Positions 27,532 to 37,093 of a stretch of DNA of 64,000 nucleotides are shown here, piece after piece (position 1 is the stretch's first letter; each line of letters opens with the position of its first letter). Below the pieces are notes generated by a model. The model was given only the letters and a program-made list of their open reading frames with translations, ran no database searches and was not told the origin of the DNA. Both the position numbers and the translations under genes were made by a program. Source of the stretch: a virus; the IMG/VR virus record IMGVR_UViG_3300044730_000851, positions 12,328 through 76,327 of that record; one strand, written 5' to 3'.

Positions 27532-27732
27532 CTAAGACCCCCTTGCGTTGGTCAAGTCTCCGGGGAACTCGTACAGGTAGTCGCTGGCGACATCGGTTCC
27601 AAGTTTGGCCGCGGAAGACGCGTCGGCGTTTGCGGCGGCGCGCCAGTACTCTGTGGACTCCTGGCGGTAGTGCACAACAGACGACGGACGCAACGGCCGC
27701 AGAAAAGACTTGTCGATCTCTGACGTGATCAC
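27532..27732 (-). CDS. Hypothetical small protein
   Basis: Fills the gap after the tape measure; weak support. Confidence 0.3.
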   Translation of the reverse strand: MITSEIDKSFLRPLRPSSVVHYRQESTEYWRAAANADASSAAKLGTDVASDYLYEFPGDLTNARGS

Positions 27733-27734
27733 TG

Positions 27735-30700
27735 TCAGGCGCTCCTCACTGCTGTTGCCCAGTTGTCTTCTTCCATCAACTTCTTTACCCTTCGTGCGAA
27801 GCGTTCGGCCTCTTCATCGCTGGCGCGCTCGATCTTGAGGTTGATGTTGACGGTTTGCTGGCCACCGCTTCCGGGCCCTGAGGCACTTCGCATCATCTGT
27901 CGGAACTGCTCAGCGACTGTCGCAGGAAGAACCATTTCGCCTTCGTGCAGTTTGGCTACACCTTCGTGCGTTCGGTAGGCACCCTCGGAGTACCCGTGGA
28001 CATTGATCTTTTCGTAGGCGCTCAAGTACGTCGCGTCATTGCGTTCCGTGGCGGGGCCGTAGGTGTTTGCCCAGTTGCTGCTGCCCGGCCTGTCCCAAGT
28101 TGACCAATCGATGTAAGAGAATCCTCGGCTTGTCGTTCCGGTGATTCCCCAGTCGGTCCATTTGGTGAAGTTGTTACTGAAGTTCCTCAGCATCTCGAAG
28201 TTGTTGTCCGGGTCGACCATGGTGCTCATGTCACCGTTGAATTGCGCTCTGACCTTTGCAAGATGTTGGCTGTTGATCTGGAACAGCCCGACGTCGTAGT
28301 ACCCTCCCCGCCAGTACTCCGAGCCTAGATTCATATCGTCAGGGATCTTTGGGTACTCGAAACGTCCTCGGGACATGGCCGCAATCAGGTTTGGGGTGCC
28401 TCCCGACTCGCGTCGCCCGATGGTCCACACGGTCTTCAGTTGGTCTCCCCGCAGCCCCTTCGCGACCAGGAAGTCGTAGAGCCACTTGTCTCCGGCTCCA
28501 GATCCAGGGCTTGAGTGCGACGTGGTTGAGTTGCTGGAAGAGTTCCCTGTTGATTCCTCTTTGTCGCCAACTTGACTGGAGGAGACACCAGCAACGGCGC
28601 CCATGATGCTGGCGGCCTTGAGACCAAACCAAGAGAATCCGCCACGACCGACTCCTAGGCCAGAAGCGCCTCCGCTGAAGGAAGAGAATCCATTGACTGT
28701 CGCGCGTCCTCCCCGCAGCCCCCCGAGAAGTGTCAGAATTCCCGCCGATCCGTTGGACCGCATCGTGCCTTCTGGAGTTTCAGCAACCGGCGTCGACGAC
28801 GGCCCCGGACCGCTTTCCCCTGGGGTGTGCCCGCCAACGCCCCATGTCTTTGGATCACGGATCTCGAAGTGCATTTGGTCGGCAGCGCCCCCGGACCACT
28901 CGCCGCCCCACTCCAATTTTGAGAACCGCTGGAGGAGGGAGTTGACTGCGCTGAGTTCCTCCTTCGTCATGTTGGTAGTCCCAAGCGGGTACAGATCTGC
29001 TCGGAGGTCAATAGCAACTCCGGCTGAGTGGTTACTGATGCCACCTAGGGGACTTTCACGGAGTGAGTGCCCGCCCGACCATCCCTTGTTGAGGTCTGAG
29101 CGGCCCCCTCCTAGCGCGGGGTGTGCCTGCCAGGCGGCAGCGAGATCAGCAAGGTACTGGCCTATTCCGTCGGCTTCCCTGAGGGAGAGTCCTCCAGTTT
29201 CGATACCAGGAGCGCCAGGAACTGAGTACTTCTTGAGGCTGGTGTCGCCGTAGTCCACGGCGGTCCATCCGTCCAGGGTGGCCTGTCCGGCAAGGCCACC
29301 TCCTGCGAAGTGCCGGGTTGGGCTTGCGAAGCCTGACCCGAAGTTGTGACCTACTGAGTTGAGCGCGTTCAGTCGATCGACGCCGATCGCCTGCGCCGCC
29401 CGCGCGTTGATGACGTACTCACCTCGCGACAGCATGGCCGGGATGCTGTCTGAGGTACTGGTACCGACCGCGGCAGATATGTCTCCGCCCGCGGAGAAGC
29501 CTAGGAGTGACTTGAGTCCACCGAACACGCCTCCTGAGAGGAAGCCCATGATCGGTGACAGTTCTCCTAGGCTGCTGAGGGTCTGAAACGCTCCCTTGAG
29601 GTTCATCATGAAGTCGATGAACATGTTTCCGCTGTCAACGACTGATGTGATGACGTCGTTCATCCTGACGGCCGTATAGGCCATAGAGCGGTAGCCTTCA
29701 AGGAGATCTTCGGTTGACGCATCAATGGCGTTGCCCCGGCTGCTCTGTAGGGCCATATTGGTGAGTCCGGGGTCGTTCTCCGGTGTGAGGCCCGCCCCGG
29801 TAGCCGCTCCCATGGCGCTGCGAGTACCGGGGGCCATCGGCATCTTGGCAGCCCCGCCACCGTAGTTGCCGAGGTCTGAGTAGTCCAGGCGATCGCCGTT
29901 CTGCTGGGCCTTCATCAGAAGTGCTTGGGTGATCTGCTCCCGCAGTTCGGGAACGTCACCGAAGTTCTTGTTAATGAATACCCCGAGCCAGCCACCGCGG
30001 ATACTGGCCGCGACGCTCTCGTAGGGAATGGCACGGTTGGAACTGCCGTAGTGCCTGGACCAAATCTGATCAACAAGGGCACCCAGACCTCGGGCGTTGC
30101 CCGTCTGGAAGTCTGAGACGTAGATGTTGTACTTGGCCATCCGGCTTGCGATGCTTCCGGAGTTCATGCTGGCTTGAGCCACCGCTGCGGTGGCGTTGTC
30201 TTGGCCGAAGATCGCAGACGTCACGGCGGTCTCGCGCATGACACGGCTGAAGTTTCCAGTTCCCTGGCCCTGACCGGTCATCGTGAAGATGTTGGCGGCG
30301 GTCATCATCCCGAAGGGATCCGTCTGCATGTTCCCGAACAGCGCCTTGGAGTCCTTGTAGTAGTTCTGGTTGTAGCCGTTAGGGCCGAGGAATGAAGCCC
30401 GGAACTTCAATCGCTGTGCGACGTACGCGTCCTCGACCCCGGGGGTGACGTTGTAGGCGAACGTTGCAGCCGCCGCACCTGTTAGTGCCGCCGCCCGGGC
30501 CCATCCGGGCAGGCCCGACCCGCCGCTCGACTCGGAGTACTGCGCGGTGTATTTGGACATTCCAGCACCAGGCGGGCCTCCTCCGGTTGCGGAAGAGGTG
30601 ACTCCGCCCAGTTGGGAACCAGGGCTCGGGGGAGGTGTGCTGAACGTGGGGGTCGGCGTGCCGTTGGCGGATCGCCCACCTTTACCGGGGCCTCCAGATA

Positions 30701-30833
30701 CTGCCCCGACCGCCTTGGAATACGCCGTCGCGCCTTTGTCAATCTCCTTCTGGACCTTCTGGATGTCCTTGAGTTGGTTGAGGATCTTGGCAAGGTCTGC
30801 AGAGACATCACCTAGTGACTCCCGTAGTCCCAT
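27735..30833 (-). CDS. Tape measure protein with M15-type peptidase and lytic transglycosylase domains
   Basis: Position after the chaperone; SNHSAGVAIDL...WGGEW...DQMHFE (M15); RRESGG...DVGLFQIN (lysozyme/SLT fold). Confidence 0.85.
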   Translation of the reverse strand: MGLRESLGDVSADLAKILNQLKDIQKVQKEIDKGATAYSKAVGAVSGGPGKGGRSANGTPTPTFSTPPPSPGSQLGGVTSSATGGGPPGAGMSKYTAQYSESSGGSGLPGWARAAALTGAAAATFAYNVTPGVEDAYVAQRLKFRASFLGPNGYNQNYYKDSKALFGNMQTDPFGMMTAANIFTMTGQGQGTGNFSRVMRETAVTSAIFGQDNATAAVAQASMNSGSIASRMAKYNIYVSDFQTGNARGLGALVDQIWSRHYGSSNRAIPYESVAASIRGGWLGVFINKNFGDVPELREQITQALLMKAQQNGDRLDYSDLGNYGGGAAKMPMAPGTRSAMGAATGAGLTPENDPGLTNMALQSSRGNAIDASTEDLLEGYRSMAYTAVRMNDVITSVVDSGNMFIDFMMNLKGAFQTLSSLGELSPIMGFLSGGVFGGLKSLLGFSAGGDISAAVGTSTSDSIPAMLSRGEYVINARAAQAIGVDRLNALNSVGHNFGSGFASPTRHFAGGGLAGQATLDGWTAVDYGDTSLKKYSVPGAPGIETGGLSLREADGIGQYLADLAAAWQAHPALGGGRSDLNKGWSGGHSLRESPLGGISNHSAGVAIDLRADLYPLGTTNMTKEELSAVNSLLQRFSKLEWGGEWSGGAADQMHFEIRDPKTWGVGGHTPGESGPGPSSTPVAETPEGTMRSNGSAGILTLLGGLRGGRATVNGFSSFSGGASGLGVGRGGFSWFGLKAASIMGAVAGVSSSQVGDKEESTGNSSSNSTTSHSSPGSGAGDKWLYDFLVAKGLRGDQLKTVWTIGRRESGGTPNLIAAMSRGRFEYPKIPDDMNLGSEYWRGGYYDVGLFQINSQHLAKVRAQFNGDMSTMVDPDNNFEMLRNFSNNFTKWTDWGITGTTSRGFSYIDWSTWDRPGSSNWANTYGPATERNDATYLSAYEKINVHGYSEGAYRTHEGVAKLHEGEMVLPATVAEQFRQMMRSASGPGSGGQQTVNINLKIERASDEEAERFARRVKKLMEEDNWATAVRSA

Positions 30834-30836
30834 TCC

Positions 30837-31004
30837 TCACCCCTCCCTTCTGGGGACTGCTGACGTGATGGCGTTGAATCTCTCTCTCGGAGTCAAATCG
30901 AGGATCTCGTTCCTCGTCCAACCCGGGTAGAGTTTCGACAGCGCCGTGATGACGGTGTGCAACTCTCTGTACTTCTTGGCCCTCGACTCGCTGCTAGAAC
31001 TGAA
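30837..31004 (-). CDS. Second tail-assembly-chaperone segment, likely reached by +1 frameshift
   Basis: +1 frame ORF ...LSKLYPGWTRNEILDLTPRER..., no ATG, ends just before the tape measure start. Confidence 0.55.
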   Translation of the reverse strand, partial: FSSSSESRAKKYRELHTVITALSKLYPGWTRNEILDLTPRERFNAITSAVPRREG

Positions 31005-31809
31005 ACAGGGCCGCTAGCGACAGCGGAACCTCCAGTTCGGTCTCACACTCCGGACAGTTCTTGACGACATCTTGAAGTCGCGGGCCAGGAGTTCTCTTGG
31101 CGATCTCCTCAGCCACCGTGCGACGGTCCTTGATGGACAGCGCCAGTACGTCGGCCTCACCCAGCACAGGTCGTCCATTGACTTCAATAACCGTGTTGGC
31201 CAGGAGAATCGTCGACAGTTCGGCGTACGTCTTGTTCCCGGCTTCCTGCAGCGCCTTTTGTGTGACGCCCGTGGGAAGGGTTGCCCGGATGACTCCAGCC
31301 TTGCCCTTGACCTCGAAGTAGACCTCAGATGGGTCGTCCAACTTCTTGACGGGGACGTCGTTGTCTACGTCGATGGTGATGTCCACTTCGGATTCGCAGC
31401 CGGGGCAGTACCGCGTGAGTCCGATCTCTGATCCGAAGGTGACGGAGAAGACCTTCAGGAGTGCAAAGTCGCGATCCCCAGAGAGCATCGCGTTGAGGAG
31501 TTCTTTGCTGCTCTCGGTGTCGCCCACACGGACGATCCCGCGTAAGAGGATGGCCTCGGAGATAGCGCTTGGGGTTTTGGCTCGGGAGATGATCTGCTCG
31601 TCGCGTCCCGTGAGTTCTCGAACCTCGATCTCAGTCTGAAGCGGTGAGCCGGGAATACTGAGTCCAGCGGGAAGTTCGAACACAGTTTCCGGGGGAACTA
31701 CGATCTCGTCGTTCTGGTCCTCGATCTCGTCGTCAACGGGCTCCGCGAGAACGGACTGGATCATTTCGTTGACGAGGTCAGGGTTCTCATCGGCTTTGAT
31801 GGTCGGCAC
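30994..31809 (-). CDS. Tail/baseplate assembly chaperone (T4 gp26-like)
   Basis: ELPAG, EVRELTGRDE, GDRD..L, CPGC, CPEC. Confidence 0.8.
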   Translation of the reverse strand: MPTIKADENPDLVNEMIQSVLAEPVDDEIEDQNDEIVVPPETVFELPAGLSIPGSPLQTEIEVRELTGRDEQIISRAKTPSAISEAILLRGIVRVGDTESSKELLNAMLSGDRDFALLKVFSVTFGSEIGLTRYCPGCESEVDITIDVDNDVPVKKLDDPSEVYFEVKGKAGVIRATLPTGVTQKALQEAGNKTYAELSTILLANTVIEVNGRPVLGEADVLALSIKDRRTVAEEIAKRTPGPRLQDVVKNCPECETELEVPLSLAALFQF

Positions 31810-31830
31810 TGTTTCTCCAAATGATTGCTG

Positions 31831-32484
31831 TTACGGGTTTCCAAAATTGGGTGCTGATAGGACTAGGCCGCGCTCGGTGACGCTGCCCCATTCCACGTCG
31901 AGGCCCTCATGCACAAGGGTCATGCGCTCGACCATGAGTGCGTTGTCGCCTGCATTCAGGTCTGAGTAGACGACGCTGGAGGGCCAGGCGTTGTACAGAC
32001 GAAACCGCATGACGACCTTGTCGTCGTACGCGGCCTCAGCGCTACTGGATTCCGCCCGGAACCCGCCGCCGCCGTAGGGTACGGGTGTTTGTAGTACGGA
32101 GATGTGTACGTCGGACCGGAAGAGAACTTTGTTTCCCGAACCGCGACCCTGGACAACTCTGAGTAGCATCCGCATCCAGTCCCAGTTCTGACGACTTCCG
32201 ATCAGCACTCCCCGGTCCAGTTGGATCGCAGAGAAGTCGACCTGGGTCGGCACCTGGTGCAGTGTCGTGTTGTAACCGCCCTCGCGGATAGAGACGACAT
32301 TTACGTTAAACGACAGACCGCTGACGCTGGTGAAGCCCATCATCCCGACAGGCTTCAACCAGGGCGTCGTCGTGCGGTCCGGCTGCTGAGGGTAAAAGTG
32401 CACCAGGAACCGGTAGTTGCCGATGGGGTCAGTGGTCGTGGAGCGGAACGCTCCAGAACCACCTGCACGACCACTGACCGCCAT
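31831..32484 (-). CDS. Tail tube protein 2 (T4 gp19-like)
   Basis: DPIGNYRFLV, GFTSVSGL, IREGG, LYNAWP, LVHEG. Confidence 0.9.
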   Translation of the reverse strand: MAVSGRAGGSGAFRSTTTDPIGNYRFLVHFYPQQPDRTTTPWLKPVGMMGFTSVSGLSFNVNVVSIREGGYNTTLHQVPTQVDFSAIQLDRGVLIGSRQNWDWMRMLLRVVQGRGSGNKVLFRSDVHISVLQTPVPYGGGGFRAESSSAEAAYDDKVVMRFRLYNAWPSSVVYSDLNAGDNALMVERMTLVHEGLDVEWGSVTERGLVLSAPNFGNP

Positions 32485-32500
32485 CGATCTAGTTCCTTAC

Positions 32501-33145
32501 CTAGTTTCCTACGGGCGTGAACCCGCCGTCCTCGGAGACGCGTGCCCAGGCGACATCGAATCCCTCATGCACGACCGTCAACTGCTCCACGATGAGAGCG
32601 TTGTCACCGGCGTTCAGATCCGAGTACGCCACAGAAGTGGGCCACGCGTTGAAGATCGTGAAACGCATAGCGACCTTCTCGTCGGTTACAGACGCGTCGT
32701 TGGCATTGACGGCGGAACCGGCTTGGTAGCCCTGAGTCTTGGACGCGTACCGAACGGGGTGCGCCAGGACATCGATCTGCACGTTGAACCGGAACGACGT
32801 CTTGGCACTGAGTGCTCCCTGGGCGCTGTTGTCGTTTACCCGGAAGAGCATTTCCATCCACTGCCAGTTCTGCTTGCTTCCCAGAACGACACCGCGCTGG
32901 AAGGTGATCGGAGAAAACGTGGTCTGGCCCGGGATCTGCCGAACCGTGGTGTTGTGATGACCCTCGCGGTACGGAATCGACTCGGTGGAGATGTTAAGTC
33001 CGGACACGGATGTGAACCCGATCTTGGGGTCGGGCTGCATTTGCCCGGTCTTTTCGGTCCCTAGCGGGAAGAACGTGGCGAGGAACCGAAAGTTGCGGAT
33101 CGGATCAGTGGCGAGACGACCGCGCTCGTACGTTGATGCTGCCAT
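32501..33145 (-). CDS. Tail tube protein 1 (T4 gp19-like)
   Basis: DPIRNFRF, GFTSVSGL, YREG, ITFQRG, FNAWP, VHEG. Confidence 0.92.
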   Translation of the reverse strand: MAASTYERGRLATDPIRNFRFLATFFPLGTEKTGQMQPDPKIGFTSVSGLNISTESIPYREGHHNTTVRQIPGQTTFSPITFQRGVVLGSKQNWQWMEMLFRVNDNSAQGALSAKTSFRFNVQIDVLAHPVRYASKTQGYQAGSAVNANDASVTDEKVAMRFTIFNAWPTSVAYSDLNAGDNALIVEQLTVVHEGFDVAWARVSEDGGFTPVGN

Positions 33146-33160
33146 GGTTACCTATTCCTT

Positions 33161-34642
33161 TCAGGCGATCGTTCGCTGGGTCAACTTGATCTTGATGAAC
33201 TCAGCCGGGTACTGCAGAGCGACCCCGACCTCGACGTTGACGACACCGCTGGCGATATCGGTGGCGTTGTTGTTCTCGGCGTCGACCTTGATGAAGTAGG
33301 CCTCCGACGGAGAGTTGCCGCGCAGTCCGCCATCGGTGAAGAACCCACGGAGGAAGTTGTCCAGGACCGTCGAGATCTCGCGCCAAAGGTCCGGGGTGTT
33401 GTTGCGGAAGATGGCGAATGCCAAAGCGGCTTCCATCTCTTTACTGAGGAAGTCCACTGTGCGGCGGATGTTGATGTACCGCGTGGACCGGCTCTGGTCC
33501 ATCGTCCTCGCGCCCATAACCACGGGACCGGCACCGGGCATCACCCGAAGGGCATTGACCGGATTGAGATCGTTGTTAAGTGCGTCCAACTCCTCGTTGG
33601 AGAGGCTCTTCTCCAAGGCCACAACACCGGGGATGGTGGCCTGGATCCCTGCGGGCGCCCGGAAGACTCCCTGTGTGGCATCGGTGCCAAGAATGACACC
33701 GGCCACCGCACCGGACGGCGAGACCTTGAGGATGGAGTTCTGCGACGCGGATGTGGTGTCCGCAATCCAGACCTGTGGGTAGTAGACGCCCAGACGGTCA
33801 CTGTTGACCAGGGAGTCCGCGTAGGTAACGGCCTGCGCGGCGGTCAAACTGGGTGCTGTATCGGCCACCACGAAGGACTTGGTGTCCTGAGCGAACTCGA
33901 CCAGGCTCTCGATGGTGTTGGAGTCGGTGACACCGGGGCAGAAGACTACGAAGGAACGCTCGGTCTCCTTGAGGCGGTTCAGAGCGGTCGAGTAAGAATA
34001 CGTACCGGTCGTGCCGTCGCCGCCGCCCGAGAGCGTCAGGGTCGGCAGGTTGGCCGGGAGTACCACGGTGGTGTCGGAACCCCAGGCGACGTTGATGAAC
34101 TGAGAGCGGACGTTGATGATGTCGGTGACCTCGGTGTTGCCGTGGGTGCCGACGGGAAGGTTGGTGAACGTCTCCAGAAGGACATCGTCGGTGATGTCGT
34201 TGGCGACACCGGCCTCCTGAAGAACCGCGACGTCGTACAGTCCGCGCGGGTTGATCGTGACGCGGACCCGCAGGCTGTTTCCGTAGGATCCGGACGACTT
34301 GGCCGTGAAGTTGAGGTAGACCTCATTAGCAGTGTTGCCGGCGTCGCTGCCGTCACCGAGGATCGCGGCCGATGCGGTTGTGGCGTCGGAGCGGATCAGT
34401 CGGTTGACGAACAGTTCGCGACCGCCAGCACGGAAAAACATGTTGGCTGCAAACGTTGCCGGGAAGGAACGGTTCAGGGGACCGAAGACCTTCGAGAACT
34501 GGTACCACGACGTCACCGCAGTCGGTGCCGTGGGGCCAGACGGCAAGATGGCGAGCATGGCGCCGGTGGCTGCAGCAGGGGACTCCGTTGCCACCGGAAC
34601 CGCAAGGGTCGTCTCCGTGATGGAGACTCCGGGTCGAGACAT
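33161..34642 (-). CDS. Tail sheath protein
   Basis: MSRPGV, YYPQV, PSGAVAG, GVFRAPAG, GART, RYINIRR, PAEFI. Confidence 0.95.
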   Translation of the reverse strand: MSRPGVSITETTLAVPVATESPAAATGAMLAILPSGPTAPTAVTSWYQFSKVFGPLNRSFPATFAANMFFRAGGRELFVNRLIRSDATTASAAILGDGSDAGNTANEVYLNFTAKSSGSYGNSLRVRVTINPRGLYDVAVLQEAGVANDITDDVLLETFTNLPVGTHGNTEVTDIINVRSQFINVAWGSDTTVVLPANLPTLTLSGGGDGTTGTYSYSTALNRLKETERSFVVFCPGVTDSNTIESLVEFAQDTKSFVVADTAPSLTAAQAVTYADSLVNSDRLGVYYPQVWIADTTSASQNSILKVSPSGAVAGVILGTDATQGVFRAPAGIQATIPGVVALEKSLSNEELDALNNDLNPVNALRVMPGAGPVVMGARTMDQSRSTRYINIRRTVDFLSKEMEAALAFAIFRNNTPDLWREISTVLDNFLRGFFTDGGLRGNSPSEAYFIKVDAENNNATDIASGVVNVEVGVALQYPAEFIKIKLTQRTIA

Positions 34643-34662
34643 AACTTCTCCTTATCCTTTGG

Positions 34663-35331
34663 TCATGGGGTTCCGGCTAGTGCGGTCACCGATGCTCTGA
34701 TGTGCTCGTAGCGGATCGGTGTTGGTCCATCTGGTGTTGGGCTTTGGGGTCCGGTGACGTTGACTTCCCGGACGCGCTGGTACACATCGAGATCGAACGG
34801 AGACGCGATCTCAGACGAGACCCGTACCGTGAAGGCGTTCATGAACATCCGCTTTCCGGCTTCGGTTGTGTCCCTCTTGACGACATTGAGCAGGTCCAGA
34901 CGCCGCACCGTGGTGTTCGGCACGTTGTTCACGATCCGCTCGGTGACCTCCAGGAACCCGAACCTCACAGGAAGACGGCCGCCCAGCATCTGCTCCAGGA
35001 TCTGCCTGTCGTGACGTGGCTGTCGGGCGAAGGTGGTCACCTGGTAGTCGAGGTTGATGGGCGTTGGGTACCAGGTGTCCCATCCCTCGTCTGCAGACAG
35101 GTCGTCGGGCTTGAGGTACCACGGAGCGGACTTACCAGACATCACGCGTTCGGTGGCCTCGGACATATCGATGAGGTCGACGGTGACGAAAGGGAAGGAC
35201 TGCGCCCGGATCTCAGGGTCTGGTTGCCCGAACCACACCCCGACCGGACGAATAGGGTTCTTGGAGTCGGAGACGGTCATACCTGTCAGTCGGTCCCGTA
35301 GGGCCTCGTCCTCGCTGATAATGAAGGTCAC
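34663..35331 (-). CDS. Tail terminator/completion protein
   Basis: Immediately upstream of sheath; PTPINLDYQVT. Confidence 0.65.
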   Translation of the reverse strand: MTFIISEDEALRDRLTGMTVSDSKNPIRPVGVWFGQPDPEIRAQSFPFVTVDLIDMSEATERVMSGKSAPWYLKPDDLSADEGWDTWYPTPINLDYQVTTFARQPRHDRQILEQMLGGRLPVRFGFLEVTERIVNNVPNTTVRRLDLLNVVKRDTTEAGKRMFMNAFTVRVSSEIASPFDLDVYQRVREVNVTGPQSPTPDGPTPIRYEHIRASVTALAGTP

Positions 35332-35630
35332 AGGAAGTCACCTACCGAATCGTGGATAGCACTGACGATTTCCGCGTCGATGACCTGGCGACGGTTCTTG
35401 AACTGCCGTACCGCCGGTGATGGTCGGTCTTCCATGCCGCCGTACTCAGCGGCCACGGCCGACTCGCTGCCGACGACGTCCATTTCGGTGCCATCAGCGG
35501 TCACCAGTAGGGACGCCACAGCGTCCGCGGGCCACGCTGCCTGTGCCGCGTTGTACTGGAGTAGAGCCGTCAGTCGCGGGGAGGCATTAGAGGCCGCAGA
35601 CTCCACAGCGTCCAGGGCCTTGTCGATCAA
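35328..35630 (-). CDS. Putative neck/tail completion protein
   Basis: AEYGGMEDRPSPAVRQF motif; position. Confidence 0.55.
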   Translation of the reverse strand: MIDKALDAVESAASNASPRLTALLQYNAAQAAWPADAVASLLVTADGTEMDVVGSESAVAAEYGGMEDRPSPAVRQFKNRRQVIDAEIVSAIHDSVGDFL

Positions 35631-35818
35631 CGCTGCTTCTTCCCCCGCGTGGCCGCCGAGACTATTCCCCATCCGGCCAGGAAGGCAGTGATGGTGGCGG
35701 CTGCGGTTGCTGGTCCGCTGGTGGTCTTGGCGGGTCCGAAGACACCCTTGAGGAATTCAACTCGCTCTTGCGACGAGTCGAAATCGGCTACACGCTCGTA
35801 CCAAGGCTTCCAGGCCAT
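35627..35818 (-). CDS. Hypothetical protein
   Basis: MAWKPWYE...; RBS GGAG; promoter motif at 35884-35911. Confidence 0.6.
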   Translation of the reverse strand: MAWKPWYERVADFDSSQERVEFLKGVFGPAKTTSGPATAAATITAFLAGWGIVSAATRGKKQR

Positions 35819-35931
35819 AGCAGACTCCAGCACTACCGCAGCAGGGTGACGTTTATCGGCCCCGCATGGACCGCGTCAAGTCCACGGTACGAACAGGAGT
35901 CAGCCGCGTCAGGGCTAACTTCGCTGTGATA

Positions 35932-36516
35932 TCAGGGGTACGAAACGACGCCGCCGTCGTAGATGGTCTCGGTACCCGGAGGCTGATTCACGGGCCCTGC
36001 GTCCCAGCCCTCGGGGTCCGGAACCCCCATAGTGTCGTTGACCATCTCCTCGGGCTTGACCTGAGTGGACTCCACTAGAACTCCCATGTACTCGAAGCCG
36101 ATCTGCCCTCTCGGGAAGATTCGGTTGGGGGTGAAGATCGAGTCCCGGTACCCGATGCGGTCGACCAGGTGCTCGTCAGGGTGCGTCTCAAGGCTGGGAA
36201 TGATCCGGACCATATCGTCGAAGTTGATCACAATGCGCAGGGTGTCGACCGTGTAGAAGCCGCGATCGTTCTGGAATAGGTTCGCCTGGTAGATCTCGGC
36301 GTTCACGACGGGAACCCGGAAAGGCTTCCTCCAAACGCGACCCACCGACGGGGAGCCCACGTCGTAGACCGGGTCCGTCCCAGACTCTTCCAGGTCGTAG
36401 ATGTACCAGTCGACCTGTTGGCCCACAGGCCTCTGCAGGTCACGGGAAATGCCACGTCGAATGGACTTGACCTCAAACTCGGCGTCGAACCGGCCCAAGC
36501 CGTGTGATCCGCGCAT
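35932..36516 (-). CDS. Putative head-closure/neck protein
   Basis: DPVYDVG...NDRGFYTVDTL...QVKPEEMVND; RBS GGAGG. Confidence 0.6.
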   Translation of the reverse strand: MRGSHGLGRFDAEFEVKSIRRGISRDLQRPVGQQVDWYIYDLEESGTDPVYDVGSPSVGRVWRKPFRVPVVNAEIYQANLFQNDRGFYTVDTLRIVINFDDMVRIIPSLETHPDEHLVDRIGYRDSIFTPNRIFPRGQIGFEYMGVLVESTQVKPEEMVNDTMGVPDPEGWDAGPVNQPPGTETIYDGGVVSYP

Positions 36517-36526
36517 GCGAGGCCTC

Positions 36527-37093
36527 CTATTCCGCCCACCAGTGTCGCACGCGAGGGTGCTCTTCCTCAGGGGGAAGATCGTTCCAGAACGTCCTAACTG
36601 TGACCCTCAGGCCAGACTTAACGGAGGAGGTCTTGTGTAGGTACGGGATAGTTGACGGAAAGAACACGGTGCTGGGTGCTGTGGGTCGGTATTCAATACT
36701 GAGCCTAGGAAAGAAGAGAGACCCCCCTTCGTAGGACCCCGGATTGAGATACGAGACGGACGACGCAATGCGGTAGCGATCCCACTTCTGGTCGTAATGT
36801 TCCAAGATGACGCTTCCAGAGGACCCGCGCACAAGGAGCAACTCCTCGCGTTGTGTAAGGCGGCATCCAGCGAAGTCTCCGTAGTCCCGCGACAGTGTGG
36901 TTAGGTACTCGTCGTAGGCGTCCAGAACGTCTGCCCTTTCTGGTGGTGCTGCGGACAGATTGACGGCTTGGCTCGCGATTCCCTTGGGCTCTGCTGCGAG
37001 GTGCGCCATACCCAACAGGTCCTCAACGAGACTCGTAGGAATCTCATACTCGGCAACTCCGGGGAAGATCTGGTGTCGCCCAGACGCACTCAA
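36527..37093 (-). CDS. 2OG-Fe(II) oxygenase, prolyl-4-hydroxylase-like
   Basis: HYD...SYLN..YEGGSL.F...FFPS...YLH...V..GLR; TTG start overlaps the upstream stop. Confidence 0.85.
   Translation of the reverse strand: MSASGRHQIFPGVAEYEIPTSLVEDLLGMAHLAAEPKGIASQAVNLSAAPPERADVLDAYDEYLTTLSRDYGDFAGCRLTQREELLLVRGSSGSVILEHYDQKWDRYRIASSVSYLNPGSYEGGSLFFPRLSIEYRPTAPSTVFFPSTIPYLHKTSSVKSGLRVTVRTFWNDLPPEEEHPRVRHWWAE

Noticed and set aside
31831-33145. Two tube genes as evidence of a bacterial contractile injection system
   Set aside because: Capsid, portal, terminase and replication genes show a true phage; duplicated tubes are compatible with a myovirus.
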